Positions 11,673 through 22,344 of a DNA stretch of 64,000 nucleotides are shown piece by piece. The notes under the pieces were generated by a model. It did not search any database. It was not told the origin of the DNA and saw only the letters and a program-made list of their open reading frames with translations. The stretch lies in the IMG/VR virus record IMGVR_UViG_3300042465_006264, one strand, 5' to 3'. The DNA is from an uncultured virus (IMG/VR IMGVR_UViG_3300042465_006264). Lineage: Duplodnaviria > Heunggongvirae > Uroviricota > Caudoviricetes. Each line of letters opens with the position of its first letter. Within the stretch, counting starts at the first letter, position 1. The position numbers and the translations under genes were made by a program.

Positions 11673-13472
11673 ATGGCAACTATTAAGATTAAGCGTGGAT
11701 CTGGTCAACCAAACCTAACAGGACTTACAGCATACGAACCAGCGTGGGATACAACGTTTAATCGTTTGTTTATCCATGCAGGGACTACGGCAATGTGGAT
11801 CGGTTCACAAGTTGTAGATGATACAACTCTTGCCGGAAACTGTGCTTATTTTATTCCGTCACAAAGGGCAGTAAAAACTTACGTTGACAGTCAAGTTGCA
11901 GGTGGTGCAGTATCCTCATTAAACGGTGCTACAGGTGCAGTCACTATTGGTGGTGGAACAGGAATTTCAATTTCTACTTCTACTTCTGCAAGAGGAATTA
12001 CACTATTTACAAGTTCTATAGTTCCTCTTACGAATAAAACAAATACCTTTACAGCTAGCCAAATTATCTCTGGTACAAGTTCAACACTTCTTCTTACCGA
12101 TACGAGCACTAGTGATAGTATCACACTAGATCCTGCTTTAAATAAAATTGTTTTTCAGGATGGTGGTACAAATTTCACCACAACTCTATATGTAGATACA
12201 TTTACAGACCATATAGTAACACTCCCGCAATCAGCAACAAGACTTGCTGGTTTAGCAACCACGACACCATTTACTGCACAACAAACATTTACTGCTGGAA
12301 TTTCTGTTGCAGGTGGAATAACATTAAACGGTTTATCTGTGCTTACATCAGCAAACGGAGTTACATCAGTAGACGGTGTAACTGGTGCAGTAGATATAAT
12401 TGCTGGTACAGGAATTTCCATAACTCTTCCAACAGGTGCAAATAAAGGAATAACTTTAGCAAACACTGGTGTAGTTGGAATAACCGGGACAGCTAATCAA
12501 GTTACTGTAAGTGGTACAACTGGTTCCGTTACTTTATCTTTACCAAGCGCAATTACAACACCGGGTACTTTAACAGTCACTGGTGCTCTTACTGCTTCAT
12601 CAAATGTCACTGTTTCTGGAAATCTCACAGTAAACGGCACAACAACAACGGTAAACTCTACATCAGTTACCGTTCAAGATCCACTTATTGCAATTGGTGG
12701 TCTAACAGGTAATATTCCTCCAGTAACAGGAGACGTAAAAGATCGTGGTATTCTTTTCCAACACTTTGCTACAGTTGGAAGAACTGGATTCTTTGGTCAT
12801 GATACCAGTACGGGAAGATTCACATATCTTCCAGCAACAACATCCGTTTCTGGTGAAGTAGTAACAGGTACGGCTGGTATTGCAGAATTTGCTGGTATTT
12901 ACGGACCACAGGGATCTTTGCTTTTGGCTGGGTTGTGTGCGGGTTCTGTAGTTTCAACTATTAACGTTAATTCTGGACCAGTGGACGGTACTATTGTTTA
13001 TACTTCTGCAAGAAATATATTTAATTCTAGTAGTGTTTTTGTTCAACCTACAATTGAATTATCAAGTAGTGATTCGGGTGGAGCATATTCAGTTATTCAA
13101 AGTGGTGCAGGAATAAGTAATAAAACATTCACATTACCAAATATTACGGGTACAGGTGTTGTTGCTGATGCTGGTGGTGCTACATCTGGATGGATATTGA
13201 GAGGTGCTGGTGCAACCACAGTAAACTCTTGGATCAATCCTCAAGCATCAGGGTTTACTGCATACGGCGCAGAAAGATCATTATTTGCTAGCCTAGTTGG
13301 TGTAAAAAATAGTTCTTCATACCCACTAGTATTTGCTGGAGGAACTTCTGGTTATCAACAACTATACACGGATTCTAGCCAAGACATTAACTGGAACCCT
13401 GGGACATTGACTCTGACATTAGGATCCGGTCTTGGAAAACTTGAAGGAGTTGTTGACGGCGGTGCATTCTAA
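11673..13472 (+). CDS. Tail fibre protein
   Basis: MATIKIKRGS N-terminus, VSSLNGATG repeats, GNLTVNGTTTTVNST, VDGGAF end. Confidence 0.8.
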   Translation: MATIKIKRGSGQPNLTGLTAYEPAWDTTFNRLFIHAGTTAMWIGSQVVDDTTLAGNCAYFIPSQRAVKTYVDSQVAGGAVSSLNGATGAVTIGGGTGISISTSTSARGITLFTSSIVPLTNKTNTFTASQIISGTSSTLLLTDTSTSDSITLDPALNKIVFQDGGTNFTTTLYVDTFTDHIVTLPQSATRLAGLATTTPFTAQQTFTAGISVAGGITLNGLSVLTSANGVTSVDGVTGAVDIIAGTGISITLPTGANKGITLANTGVVGITGTANQVTVSGTTGSVTLSLPSAITTPGTLTVTGALTASSNVTVSGNLTVNGTTTTVNSTSVTVQDPLIAIGGLTGNIPPVTGDVKDRGILFQHFATVGRTGFFGHDTSTGRFTYLPATTSVSGEVVTGTAGIAEFAGIYGPQGSLLLAGLCAGSVVSTINVNSGPVDGTIVYTSARNIFNSSSVFVQPTIELSSSDSGGAYSVIQSGAGISNKTFTLPNITGTGVVADAGGATSGWILRGAGATTVNSWINPQASGFTAYGAERSLFASLVGVKNSSSYPLVFAGGTSGYQQLYTDSSQDINWNPGTLTLTLGSGLGKLEGVVDGGAF

Positions 13473-13493
13473 AATTTAAAAGGAGAATTGTGA

Positions 13494-13709
<216 letters not shown>

Positions 13710-13756
13710 ATAGTATGGTTATATAAAGATTGTTTATTAATTATTGGAGTGCATGA

Positions 13757-16700
13757 ATGGCCAGTATTAAATTTAAAAGAGGATCGGGTATACCGAGTGG
13801 ACTTACCTTTGGAGAACCTGCATTTGACATTACAAATAGCAGATTGTATGTAGGCATTACAGGTGGCAGTGCTCTTATAGGTGTTGCTGGTGGTGGTGTA
13901 CACTCGTTCAATGGATTGACTGGTGCTGTTACTGGTGTTACCACTGGTGTTGCAAATACATTTGGTCCCCTTCAAAGTTTTACTAGCGGGATTTCTTCCA
14001 GTGGTGGAACTTTTGCAAATGACATTGTTGTAAATGGAGTCAGAGTTGGTGAGGGTGGTGGATCTATTTCTACCAACGTTGCAGTTGGTCAAAGTGCACT
14101 AAATGCAAATACTACTGGTGCTGGTAATGTTGCAATAGGATATCAAGCACTACAAACTGGCAGTACAGCAACAAATAACGTTGCAATTGGGTTTCAAGCA
14201 TTGGCTCTATCCGTTGCTGGTCCAAATAGTGCTGTTGGTTATGGTGCATTAAATGATAACACTACAGGAATAGGAAATGATGCATTTGGAAACAGTTCAC
14301 TTGGATCAAATACAACTGGTGTGTTAAATGCGGCATTTGGTGGATCTGCATTACAAAATAACACTACTGGAAATTATAATAATGCAGTTGGATATCAAGC
14401 ATCCCTTACAGGAATCACAGCCTCCTACACAACTGCTCTTGGTTATAGGACACTTTATTATAATAATCAATCTTTTAACACTGCAGTTGGGGCAGAGGCT
14501 CTTTACGGTAACTGCCAAGGAACTTCAAACACTGCTGTAGGTTATCGGGCTGCTCAGCTTGGACAAACAGCCTCAAATATTACTGCTATCGGTCATGGCG
14601 CCCTTACTGTAAATACACAATCCAGTAATACTGCGGTTGGTTCTTCTGCACTAGGAAGCGCAACAACAGCAGTACAAAATGTTGCTGTTGGTGCTCTTGC
14701 CATGTATAGTACTACAACAGGTGGTTATAATACTGCTGTTGGAAATTATGCTTTAGGGTTAAACACAATAGGGGGACAAAATTGCGCTTTTGGTAGAGAA
14801 TCGCTTGTATATAATAAATCAGGTAATAATAATTCTGCTTATGGTTTTAATTCTTCTTGGGCAAATTCTACTGGAAGTCTTAATTCCTCTTTAGGTTATC
14901 AAGCAGCATTTGGTAACACAACAGGTTCTCAAAATACAAATATTGGGGCTAATACATCTTATAATGGAAAAACGGCCTCTGATGTAACTGCAGTAGGATA
15001 TAATACATTATATTACAACCAGCAATCATTCAACACTGCTGTTGGATCTCAGGCTCTTTACGGTAACTGCCAAGGAGTCGAAAATACTGCAGTAGGTTAT
15101 CAGGCCGCTTATACTGGTCAAACTGCTTCTGATATTACTGCTGTTGGTTATAGGGCTCTTTATCTAAACACTCAATCCAATAATACTGCTGTTGGTTCTG
15201 GTGCGTTGGATGCAAACACCACAGGGACAGACAATACAGCAATTGGACATAACGCTGCTACATCTATTACAACATCAACTAACACTGTAGCAATTGGATC
15301 TTTTGCTGCAAGAGATATGCAAACTGGATTAAATTCAATTGCTATCGGTCAACAGGCTTTGAGAAATTGCGTAAGTGGAAATGATAATGTTTCAATTGGA
15401 TATGCCTCAAATCTAACTGGCACTGGAAGTCAAAATGTTACTATTGGTTCTTATGCTGGAGGAGCTTTAACTTCAGGAAACAGTAACACCGTTGTTGGAA
15501 CTACTGCATTAGTAAATACCACTACTGGAGACAATAATGTTGCTGTTGGTTTAAATGCAGGTAGATATAGAGGCGCTGGAACAGATACTCTTACTGTTGC
15601 AAGTAATAGCGTTTTCATTGGAAATGGGTCTCGCGCATCAGCCAATAGTGAAACAAATCAAATAGTAATTTCTGGAGTAGATGGTTTAGGAGACGGTTCC
15701 AACACCACAGTCATCGGAAATTCCTCAACAACTTCCACAAGAGTATTTGGAACGCTCTCAACAAATGGTGGAGTTTCTGCTGCTGGTGGAACATTCGCAG
15801 GAATTGTAAACTTCTTAGGTGGTATGTGTGTTGCATCCGGAATAACTCTTACAAACACAGCAGGAACAAGAACCCATATTAGTCAGCAAGGCATTAGAGG
15901 GGCAAGTTTTAAAATAAGAAATCAAGTTTCATTTGGAATTGGTTCTGGTGATGCAAATGAATTTGATATCGGCTCAAGCGGTGGAAACATTACAATAGCC
16001 CCAACCACATCCACAGTTACAATAGATACAGGTTTAGCCAATAAGTCATCAGTTGATTATCAAACTGGTATAAGATTCTTGGGTTATAATAGCATGCTTT
16101 CAACATCCTACAATACTTTATTACAAGTAGGATTTGGATCAGGAAACACGCTTTCACTCCCATCAACAAGTGGAACTCTTGCACTTACAAACGATGTAGT
16201 AACAAGATTTAATGGACTTACAGGACAAGTAACTGGCGTAACAACAGGAAACGCCAATACCTTTGGACCTCTTCAAAGTTTTACAAATGGAATCAGCGCA
16301 TCTGGTGGCTCCACTTTTAGCTCTACGACAAATACAGTAAACATAATTGCAAGTACGGATGGCGCTGGATTGAGAATTGCTAGAGCAACAACTGGAGCAA
16401 ATAGCAGAATTGGTGGAATACGGCTTGGAATGAGCACATCAGGCAACAATACTTACATTGAAAATTCTGCAGGATCTCTGAGTATTTATGCTGCTTCAGA
16501 CAATAATACAACAACTGCAGCAGCGGTTATTTCAAACTCTTCAATTTCTTTTGGAAATACTGCAACAACTTCTCTTGCTATTAGATCCACAACATTTCAG
16601 GTCGGTGATAATTCGGTACCAAAACAGTCTAATGGACAACAATTAGTTTTAGATAATGCTAGAAAAGCATTATATTTCGGGGATACTACTGGTGTCACAG

Positions 16701-17314
16701 AAGGTAATTTTTTAGTAAATAGAACCCCATCCTCATCTTTTGCTGTAGGCATCACTTATGCAATGGAAGTGAACAGCAAAACAGGAAAGAACATAAGTTT
16801 GGTTTTCAATGACAAAGATGCTGGTATGGCTGGTTCAACTGCAGCAAATGTTGGATTAGACGTAGATTCAAGTGGAAATTTTATAATAAACACAAGTGGA
16901 ACTAGTACTACTATAAATTCTTTAATAAATTCTCCAAATGGAATCAGCGCATCTGGTGGAATTACATTAAGTTCTTTAGTTACAGCAAACAGATATACAA
17001 CCACTTCTTCAGTATTTGAAACAAAGACAGCAGGGTTTACATTGGCTGCTGCTGATAATGGTAAAATTTTCTTGATGGGAAATACCGCAACGGTTTTCAT
17101 ATATCTTCCAACAGGGTTACCTAACGGATTTAATTGTGATATGATAAGAAGGCCAGCATCTAATGGTACCAGAATAAGAATTTTTGAAAGTGGAACTACA
17201 ATAGAATCAAAATCAGGAAACAATCCAGAATTAACAGATTCAAGTTTTGGTGGCGAAAGAGCAAAAATAATACAAATTGCAACTAATATATTTAGTGTTA
17301 GCGGTGATATTTGA
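13757..17314 (+). CDS. Long tail fibre with YadA-head-like beta-roll repeats
   Basis: MASIKFKRGS; more than 30 14-residue NTAVGxxAL repeats. Confidence 0.85.
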   Translation: MASIKFKRGSGIPSGLTFGEPAFDITNSRLYVGITGGSALIGVAGGGVHSFNGLTGAVTGVTTGVANTFGPLQSFTSGISSSGGTFANDIVVNGVRVGEGGGSISTNVAVGQSALNANTTGAGNVAIGYQALQTGSTATNNVAIGFQALALSVAGPNSAVGYGALNDNTTGIGNDAFGNSSLGSNTTGVLNAAFGGSALQNNTTGNYNNAVGYQASLTGITASYTTALGYRTLYYNNQSFNTAVGAEALYGNCQGTSNTAVGYRAAQLGQTASNITAIGHGALTVNTQSSNTAVGSSALGSATTAVQNVAVGALAMYSTTTGGYNTAVGNYALGLNTIGGQNCAFGRESLVYNKSGNNNSAYGFNSSWANSTGSLNSSLGYQAAFGNTTGSQNTNIGANTSYNGKTASDVTAVGYNTLYYNQQSFNTAVGSQALYGNCQGVENTAVGYQAAYTGQTASDITAVGYRALYLNTQSNNTAVGSGALDANTTGTDNTAIGHNAATSITTSTNTVAIGSFAARDMQTGLNSIAIGQQALRNCVSGNDNVSIGYASNLTGTGSQNVTIGSYAGGALTSGNSNTVVGTTALVNTTTGDNNVAVGLNAGRYRGAGTDTLTVASNSVFIGNGSRASANSETNQIVISGVDGLGDGSNTTVIGNSSTTSTRVFGTLSTNGGVSAAGGTFAGIVNFLGGMCVASGITLTNTAGTRTHISQQGIRGASFKIRNQVSFGIGSGDANEFDIGSSGGNITIAPTTSTVTIDTGLANKSSVDYQTGIRFLGYNSMLSTSYNTLLQVGFGSGNTLSLPSTSGTLALTNDVVTRFNGLTGQVTGVTTGNANTFGPLQSFTNGISASGGSTFSSTTNTVNIIASTDGAGLRIARATTGANSRIGGIRLGMSTSGNNTYIENSAGSLSIYAASDNNTTTAAAVISNSSISFGNTATTSLAIRSTTFQVGDNSVPKQSNGQQLVLDNARKALYFGDTTGVTEGNFLVNRTPSSSFAVGITYAMEVNSKTGKNISLVFNDKDAGMAGSTAANVGLDVDSSGNFIINTSGTSTTINSLINSPNGISASGGITLSSLVTANRYTTTSSVFETKTAGFTLAAADNGKIFLMGNTATVFIYLPTGLPNGFNCDMIRRPASNGTRIRIFESGTTIESKSGNNPELTDSSFGGERAKIIQIATNIFSVSGDI

Positions 17315-17344
17315 CTTCTTTAGTTATTGAAGTATTTTATTTGT

Positions 17345-17860
17345 ATGCTCAAAGTATATAAAGTAGAACCAGACGCACAGATTCCAAATTATCAAACTCG
17401 TAAAGCTGCATGTTTTGATTTAGCAGCATACATTCCAGAAAATTCAAAAGTTATAATTTGGTCCGGAAAATTTTCAAAAGAATTTCCCACAGACCACGAT
17501 GGGGAAACTGGTAAGACCTATATCAGTATATGCCCCAATGAACGGGCTATGATCCGCACTGGGCTTATCTTTGATATTCCTGAAGGCTACACACTTCGTC
17601 TTCACCCCCGGTCTGGAATGGCTTTAAAGTACGGTCTGGTGCTTGCTAATTGCGAAGGGGTTATTGATGAAGATTATGTCAACGAAACCCAATTGATAAT
17701 TCTTAACACATCAGATGATGTTATGAAAATTTACCATGGTGATAGACTTGCCCAAGGTGAACTAATTCGCTATGAACAAGTTTCAATTGAAGAAACTTGG
17801 GAAAAGCCTACTCAGAAATCAAACCGTGTCGGTGGGTTTGGTAGCACTGGCAGGTTCTGA
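17345..17860 (+). CDS. dut: Trimeric dUTPase
   Basis: AACFDL, PRSGMA, GVIDEDY, GDRLAQG, RVGGFGSTG; promoter TTGACT-N16-TATTTT at 17311-17338. Confidence 0.95.
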   Translation: MLKVYKVEPDAQIPNYQTRKAACFDLAAYIPENSKVIIWSGKFSKEFPTDHDGETGKTYISICPNERAMIRTGLIFDIPEGYTLRLHPRSGMALKYGLVLANCEGVIDEDYVNETQLIILNTSDDVMKIYHGDRLAQGELIRYEQVSIEETWEKPTQKSNRVGGFGSTGRF

Positions 17861-18085
17861 TTTTTTCTTTGGCCATTTAACAGATTTAAATTCTTTCCAT
17901 ACTAGCCAAAGTGTAAATACACAAATTAGAACATACCAAAATGTCCATTCAGAAGCCTGACTTGGGCTACCAAAGAATGGTTCCTTAAGAACGCTGTGAA
18001 TTGGATTTCCCTTTTTGTCCAAAGGAGAAATAATTTGTGGAGTTGTGCAAGAGGCCAGTAATAGAAGTGAGAGAAGATATTTCAT
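17819..18085 (-). CDS. Putative lipoprotein with C-terminal TM helix (spanin-like topology)
   Basis: MKYLLSLLLLASC lipobox; hydrophobic segment near C-terminus followed by a basic tail. Confidence 0.55.
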   Translation of the reverse strand: MKYLLSLLLLASCTTPQIISPLDKKGNPIHSVLKEPFFGSPSQASEWTFWYVLICVFTLWLVWKEFKSVKWPKKKSEPASATKPTDTV

Positions 18086-18516
18086 GACTTATTTCCTCCT
18101 GCGGCTGTCCCGAAGTAGAATCCAACCACTGCCAATAGAACTTGTCTGTTTTCTTCTGCAAACAAGTATCCTGGGATTTCTACAAAATATTTTCTAGTTG
18201 TTTCAGGAATTAGTCCAAAGAAGCTTGAAGGTTGTTCTTGTGTAAATTCAGCAAAAGTTGAGATTCCAAAGAATGGAAGAACAAATGGTGCTGCTACAAC
18301 AGCAAACAAGCAGGCCAAAACAATAAGTTGTCTCACACCCTTACCAACATCAATTGGCACTCTCTGAACAGCCTTATTTTGATTATCTGTAGTTTGTTTA
18401 TTGGCTCCCATTGCCATCTCAAACATTTCCTTGCGATCTTGGGCTTGTTGAGCCCAATAGCGGAACAGGAATCCTGTGACACCTCCACCCAATAATGATA
18501 TCAATTCTGTTGGCAT
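18082..18516 (-). CDS. Membrane protein, holin-like
   Basis: Hydrophobic segments; ends VVGFYFG as in phage holin-like families. Confidence 0.5.
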   Translation of the reverse strand: MPTELISLLGGGVTGFLFRYWAQQAQDRKEMFEMAMGANKQTTDNQNKAVQRVPIDVGKGVRQLIVLACLFAVVAAPFVLPFFGISTFAEFTQEQPSSFFGLIPETTRKYFVEIPGYLFAEENRQVLLAVVGFYFGTAAGGNKS

Positions 18517-18523
18517 AAATTCC

Positions 18524-19132
18524 TCAATTCTTTTGTTGTGAAAGTTGCATTTCTATTGAATCACGAATATGTTCAAAATTTTTCATGGCCTCTTCTTGTG
18601 CTTCACTTGGTATTTCAAAATCGTGATGCCATTGAAGCAAGATAAAACCTACGTTTGCACCCTTATTCTTTAATGGTAAACATGCATATTGGGAGACATT
18701 CTCATCTTCAAAAAACCCTTTTACATAACTGTGGGGAAGCAAATTAGTGTGATGAATTGTATTTTTATTTTCAATAACTTTAGTCAATAAGGGAATATAC
18801 ATCGAACAGAGATTTCCCTTGAGTTTCATTACCTGTGATGTATATCCCTTGTATGTCGATTCGTGAGTTACCGAGAATTTACGCATGGAAATTCCATCCA
18901 TTGTATACTCACCATTGTGGAACTGAATTATGCTGGCTCTCATTGCCTTTGCGACAATTCTAAGTTCTGTAAGAAGTTCATGAATTTCTGTATGTATTTC
19001 AATAAAGTTGTCATCATTTTTTTTTGTTTTCCAAAATTTTATGATTCCCCAAATTACTCCGAGGGTTCCTGCGACTATTAATGTGGTGGCTTCAAGGAAT
19101 TTTGTGGGGTCTATTAGGGAAATGAGGTACAT
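18524..19132 (-). CDS. TM + GAF-like domain protein (T-holin-like architecture)
   Basis: Single N-terminal TM, then RASIIQFHNG...YACLPL...VGFILLQW GAF-like pattern. Confidence 0.5.
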   Translation of the reverse strand: MYLISLIDPTKFLEATTLIVAGTLGVIWGIIKFWKTKKNDDNFIEIHTEIHELLTELRIVAKAMRASIIQFHNGEYTMDGISMRKFSVTHESTYKGYTSQVMKLKGNLCSMYIPLLTKVIENKNTIHHTNLLPHSYVKGFFEDENVSQYACLPLKNKGANVGFILLQWHHDFEIPSEAQEEAMKNFEHIRDSIEMQLSQQKN

Positions 19133-19171
19133 CTTAATGAAACTCCGATAGGGACTTTAATATTTATATTC

Positions 19172-19199
19172 TTGACAGCGCATAAAGATGGGCTATATT
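19172..19199 (+). promoter_or_regulatory. Promoter TTGACA-N16-TATATT, leaderless
   Basis: ATG at 19207, 7 nt after -10; back-to-back with a minus-strand TAAATA. Confidence 0.75.
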
Positions 19200-19206
19200 C
19201 ACAGTT

Positions 19207-19530
19207 ATGACGAGAGAAGAACTTTTTAAATTACATGAAGAAATTTGCACGGGTGCCAAGGAATTGATGAAGAAAAAGAATGCAGACTACGCATGTAGTG
19301 AAGATCCTTTCATGAATTTTCGTAGAGCTGAATTTTTAGGATTTAGCACGGCTGAGATGGGCGTGCTAATTCGAATGACAGATAAGATGTCTAGAATATC
19401 TACCTTCCTCAATAGAGGTCAACTCTCTCTTGAAAACGAGAGTGTTTATGATGCAATTGTTGACATGATCAACTATAGTGTCATACTTGCTGGCCTCCTG
19501 AAGGATAGAGAAACAAACAAAGCAAAATGA
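19207..19530 (+). CDS. DUF1599/Nmad1-like all-alpha NTP pyrophosphohydrolase-like protein
   Basis: KKNADY, IRMTDKMSR, ESVYDAIVDMINYS. Confidence 0.75.
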   Translation: MTREELFKLHEEICTGAKELMKKKNADYACSEDPFMNFRRAEFLGFSTAEMGVLIRMTDKMSRISTFLNRGQLSLENESVYDAIVDMINYSVILAGLLKDRETNKAK

Positions 19531-22031
19531 AATTTTATACTGCCTGCGGTATCAAGGGGAACAAAATACTTGTTCGTGGTTATAAGAATGGTGTCCGATT
19601 TACGGATACCGTCTCTTTTAAACCATCACTCTTTATTCAGAGTGATGCAAACACCAAGTATAAGACTCTCACCGGAGTTCCGGTGAAGAAGATGATATTT
19701 GATAGTTTATACGATTGCAGGGAGTTCTTGAAACAATATGCTAGCCTACAAGATTCGCCAATTTATGGAAATACTGATTTCGTCACTCAATATCTCTTGG
19801 AGACTTATGAGGGTGAGGTATTATACGATCTTTCCCAAATCAAAATAGCCTATTTTGATATTGAAAGCGAGTGCGAATCGGGATTCCCGGATCTTCGGAA
19901 TCCAAATGAAAAGATTAATATCATAGGTGTTCGCATCTGTGGTGTTAACTATGCTATCACATGCAAGCAGATTAATATCCCCAACTGTAAACTTATTCTT
20001 GCAAGTTGCGAGAAGGATCTAATCCAGAAGTTTTTTGAACTTCTTCGAAAGAAGGATATTGATGTCATAACCGGCTGGAATGTCAAGTTGTTCGATATCC
20101 CCTACATCATTGGAAGAGCCAAACTCTTCTTTGAAGACGAGGAGATTCAGTCATGGATGCCCTTCAATCTGATGAAGGAGCGGGAGACAAACATCGGTGG
20201 TGTGGATTATCGCTTGTTTGAGTTCCCCGGATACACCATCCTAGACTACATGGATCTATACAAGAAGTTCTCAGGAACCAGCCAAGAGAGTTATGCTCTA
20301 AACTTCATTGCCAAAGCAGAACTTGACGAGCAGAAGTTGGACTATGCTGAGTATGGATCACTGAAGGAATTCTATACTAAAGACTTTCAACGATTTGCAG
20401 AGTATAACATCCAAGACGTTGAACTAGTTGAGAAACTGGACAATAAACTTCGTCTCATTGACTTGGCGGTGTCTATTGCCTATGAAGCCAAGATTCCATT
20501 TGATGTTGTCTTCTTTGCTACTCGCATTTGGGGAACCATCTGCTGCGATTACCTATTGCAGCGTAATATTATTCCGCCTATTCAGACTACATACGCCAAG
20601 GATGAACAATTTGTCGGTGCGTATGTGAAAGAGATCACGCCAGGTCTTTACAAGAATGTTGTCAGCTTTGATGCCACAAGTCTGTATCCGAGCATCATAA
20701 TGGGTTGGAACATTTCTCCAGAAACCTGCATCAGCAAGGATTCGTCTCTCAATGCAGACGACTTCTTGCGTAGCAAGAGAAAAGAAATTCCATCTCTAAT
20801 TGAAGATGCAATGAAACAGAACGGATGCTTGGCCTGCAATGGTTCTGTCTTTAGCAACAACTCCAAAGGATTTATTCCCATATTGATTGAAATAACTTTC
20901 AATCAAAGAAAAGAAGCAAAGTCCAAGATGTTGGATTTGGAGAAGGAATATGAGCAAACAAAGAACAAAGATCTTCTTCCACGAATTGCTGCCTTGAAGA
21001 TTCGTCAATCAGTTAAGAAGATTTTGGCCAACAGTTTATATGGGTGCCTTGGTAATCCAGCATTCATTTACTCTTCTCCCGAATTGGCCACCGCAGTCAC
21101 GGTGACTGGTCAAGTTATCATTCGTTCTGCAGAGAATGCAATGAATTCATACATCAGGAAATTAACAAAGAATGAAAGTAAAGACTTTGTTCTCGCGGTG
21201 GATACGGATTCTGTGTACATCAATCTGGAAGATATTGTCACACAAATTTCAAGCAAGACCAAGATCCCAAACATCACAGATTTTGTTGATAAAATCTGCG
21301 AACAAAACATCCAAGTCGAACTAACGAAGGAAATGAACCTTCTTACAAAGACTTTAAACTGCAGTGAAAATAAAATCTTCTTCAAGCGTGAAGCCATTGC
21401 TTCGGCAGCAATCTTTATCGCCAAGAAGAGATATGCACTGCTTGTTCAAGATCTAGAGGGTGTTCGCTTTGAAGAACCCAAACTAAAGATCATGGGTCTG
21501 GAAACTGCACGGAGCAGCACCCCACTCGTTGTCCGTAATAAACTGAAAGATTGCATCAAGATTATCTTGACCAAAACCCCCGAGGAGTTGCGAGAGTATG
21601 TGAATGAATTCCATGATGAATTTATGAATCTACCTTTGTCTACGATTGCATCTCCTCGGGGAGTCAAGGGTATCAAGAAGTATGAAGATAGAACCAAAGT
21701 CTACAAGTCAGGTACACCAATCGCTACCAAGGCTGCATTGTTACACAATGCATACATAAAGAAGATTGAGATTGATAAGCAATATCCTGAAGTGAAAGAG
21801 AACGACAAGATTAAATTTGTTTTCTTAAAGGTTCCAAATCCTTATGGAACAATGGGAAAGGAAAATGTGATTGGCTTTATAAATTCTCCACCAAAGGAAT
21901 TCAATCTTGAAAAGTATGTTGACAGAGAGCTACAGTTTGACAAAACATTCAAGGAGCCACTTGATAATATTTTGGAATCCATTAATTGGAAATTAAATAA
22001 AGAAGTAACACTTGAAGAGTTCTTTGTTTGA
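19527..22031 (+). CDS. gp43: DNA polymerase family B
   Basis: FDIE exonuclease motif, FDATSLYPS, KILANSLYG, DTDS, KKRY; no intein visible. Confidence 0.97.
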   Translation: MKFYTACGIKGNKILVRGYKNGVRFTDTVSFKPSLFIQSDANTKYKTLTGVPVKKMIFDSLYDCREFLKQYASLQDSPIYGNTDFVTQYLLETYEGEVLYDLSQIKIAYFDIESECESGFPDLRNPNEKINIIGVRICGVNYAITCKQINIPNCKLILASCEKDLIQKFFELLRKKDIDVITGWNVKLFDIPYIIGRAKLFFEDEEIQSWMPFNLMKERETNIGGVDYRLFEFPGYTILDYMDLYKKFSGTSQESYALNFIAKAELDEQKLDYAEYGSLKEFYTKDFQRFAEYNIQDVELVEKLDNKLRLIDLAVSIAYEAKIPFDVVFFATRIWGTICCDYLLQRNIIPPIQTTYAKDEQFVGAYVKEITPGLYKNVVSFDATSLYPSIIMGWNISPETCISKDSSLNADDFLRSKRKEIPSLIEDAMKQNGCLACNGSVFSNNSKGFIPILIEITFNQRKEAKSKMLDLEKEYEQTKNKDLLPRIAALKIRQSVKKILANSLYGCLGNPAFIYSSPELATAVTVTGQVIIRSAENAMNSYIRKLTKNESKDFVLAVDTDSVYINLEDIVTQISSKTKIPNITDFVDKICEQNIQVELTKEMNLLTKTLNCSENKIFFKREAIASAAIFIAKKRYALLVQDLEGVRFEEPKLKIMGLETARSSTPLVVRNKLKDCIKIILTKTPEELREYVNEFHDEFMNLPLSTIASPRGVKGIKKYEDRTKVYKSGTPIATKAALLHNAYIKKIEIDKQYPEVKENDKIKFVFLKVPNPYGTMGKENVIGFINSPPKEFNLEKYVDRELQFDKTFKEPLDNILESINWKLNKEVTLEEFFV

Positions 22032-22047
22032 GGTATATTGTTAAGAT

Positions 22048-22344
22048 ATGGTAAAGAAAATTAAATCTAGATATGGTGATGAAAGAATTATCACACTTCT
22101 TGAAGACGGATCTTACAAAGTCGAAGGTAGGTCTTTGTATTCTCGCTTTGGCGATGGTCTATTCGATTTTGAAGGTGGGCCATGCTTTATCGTTGGTGAC
22201 CGACTACTTGATGTTAAAGATGATGTAATCATCGAATCCATCAAGGTTCTTCATGACACTCCCGAAGGTGTCGCTGGTTGTATTTTATATGTAAAGGAAA
22301 ATAATGTCAAAGTATCTAAAAAGTCTAATCGGAAAAATAAATAA
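22048..22344 (+). CDS. Hypothetical protein
   Basis: IKSRYGDER..FDFEGGPC; preceded by TTGAAG-N16-TATATT. Confidence 0.6.
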   Translation: MVKKIKSRYGDERIITLLEDGSYKVEGRSLYSRFGDGLFDFEGGPCFIVGDRLLDVKDDVIIESIKVLHDTPEGVAGCILYVKENNVKVSKKSNRKNK

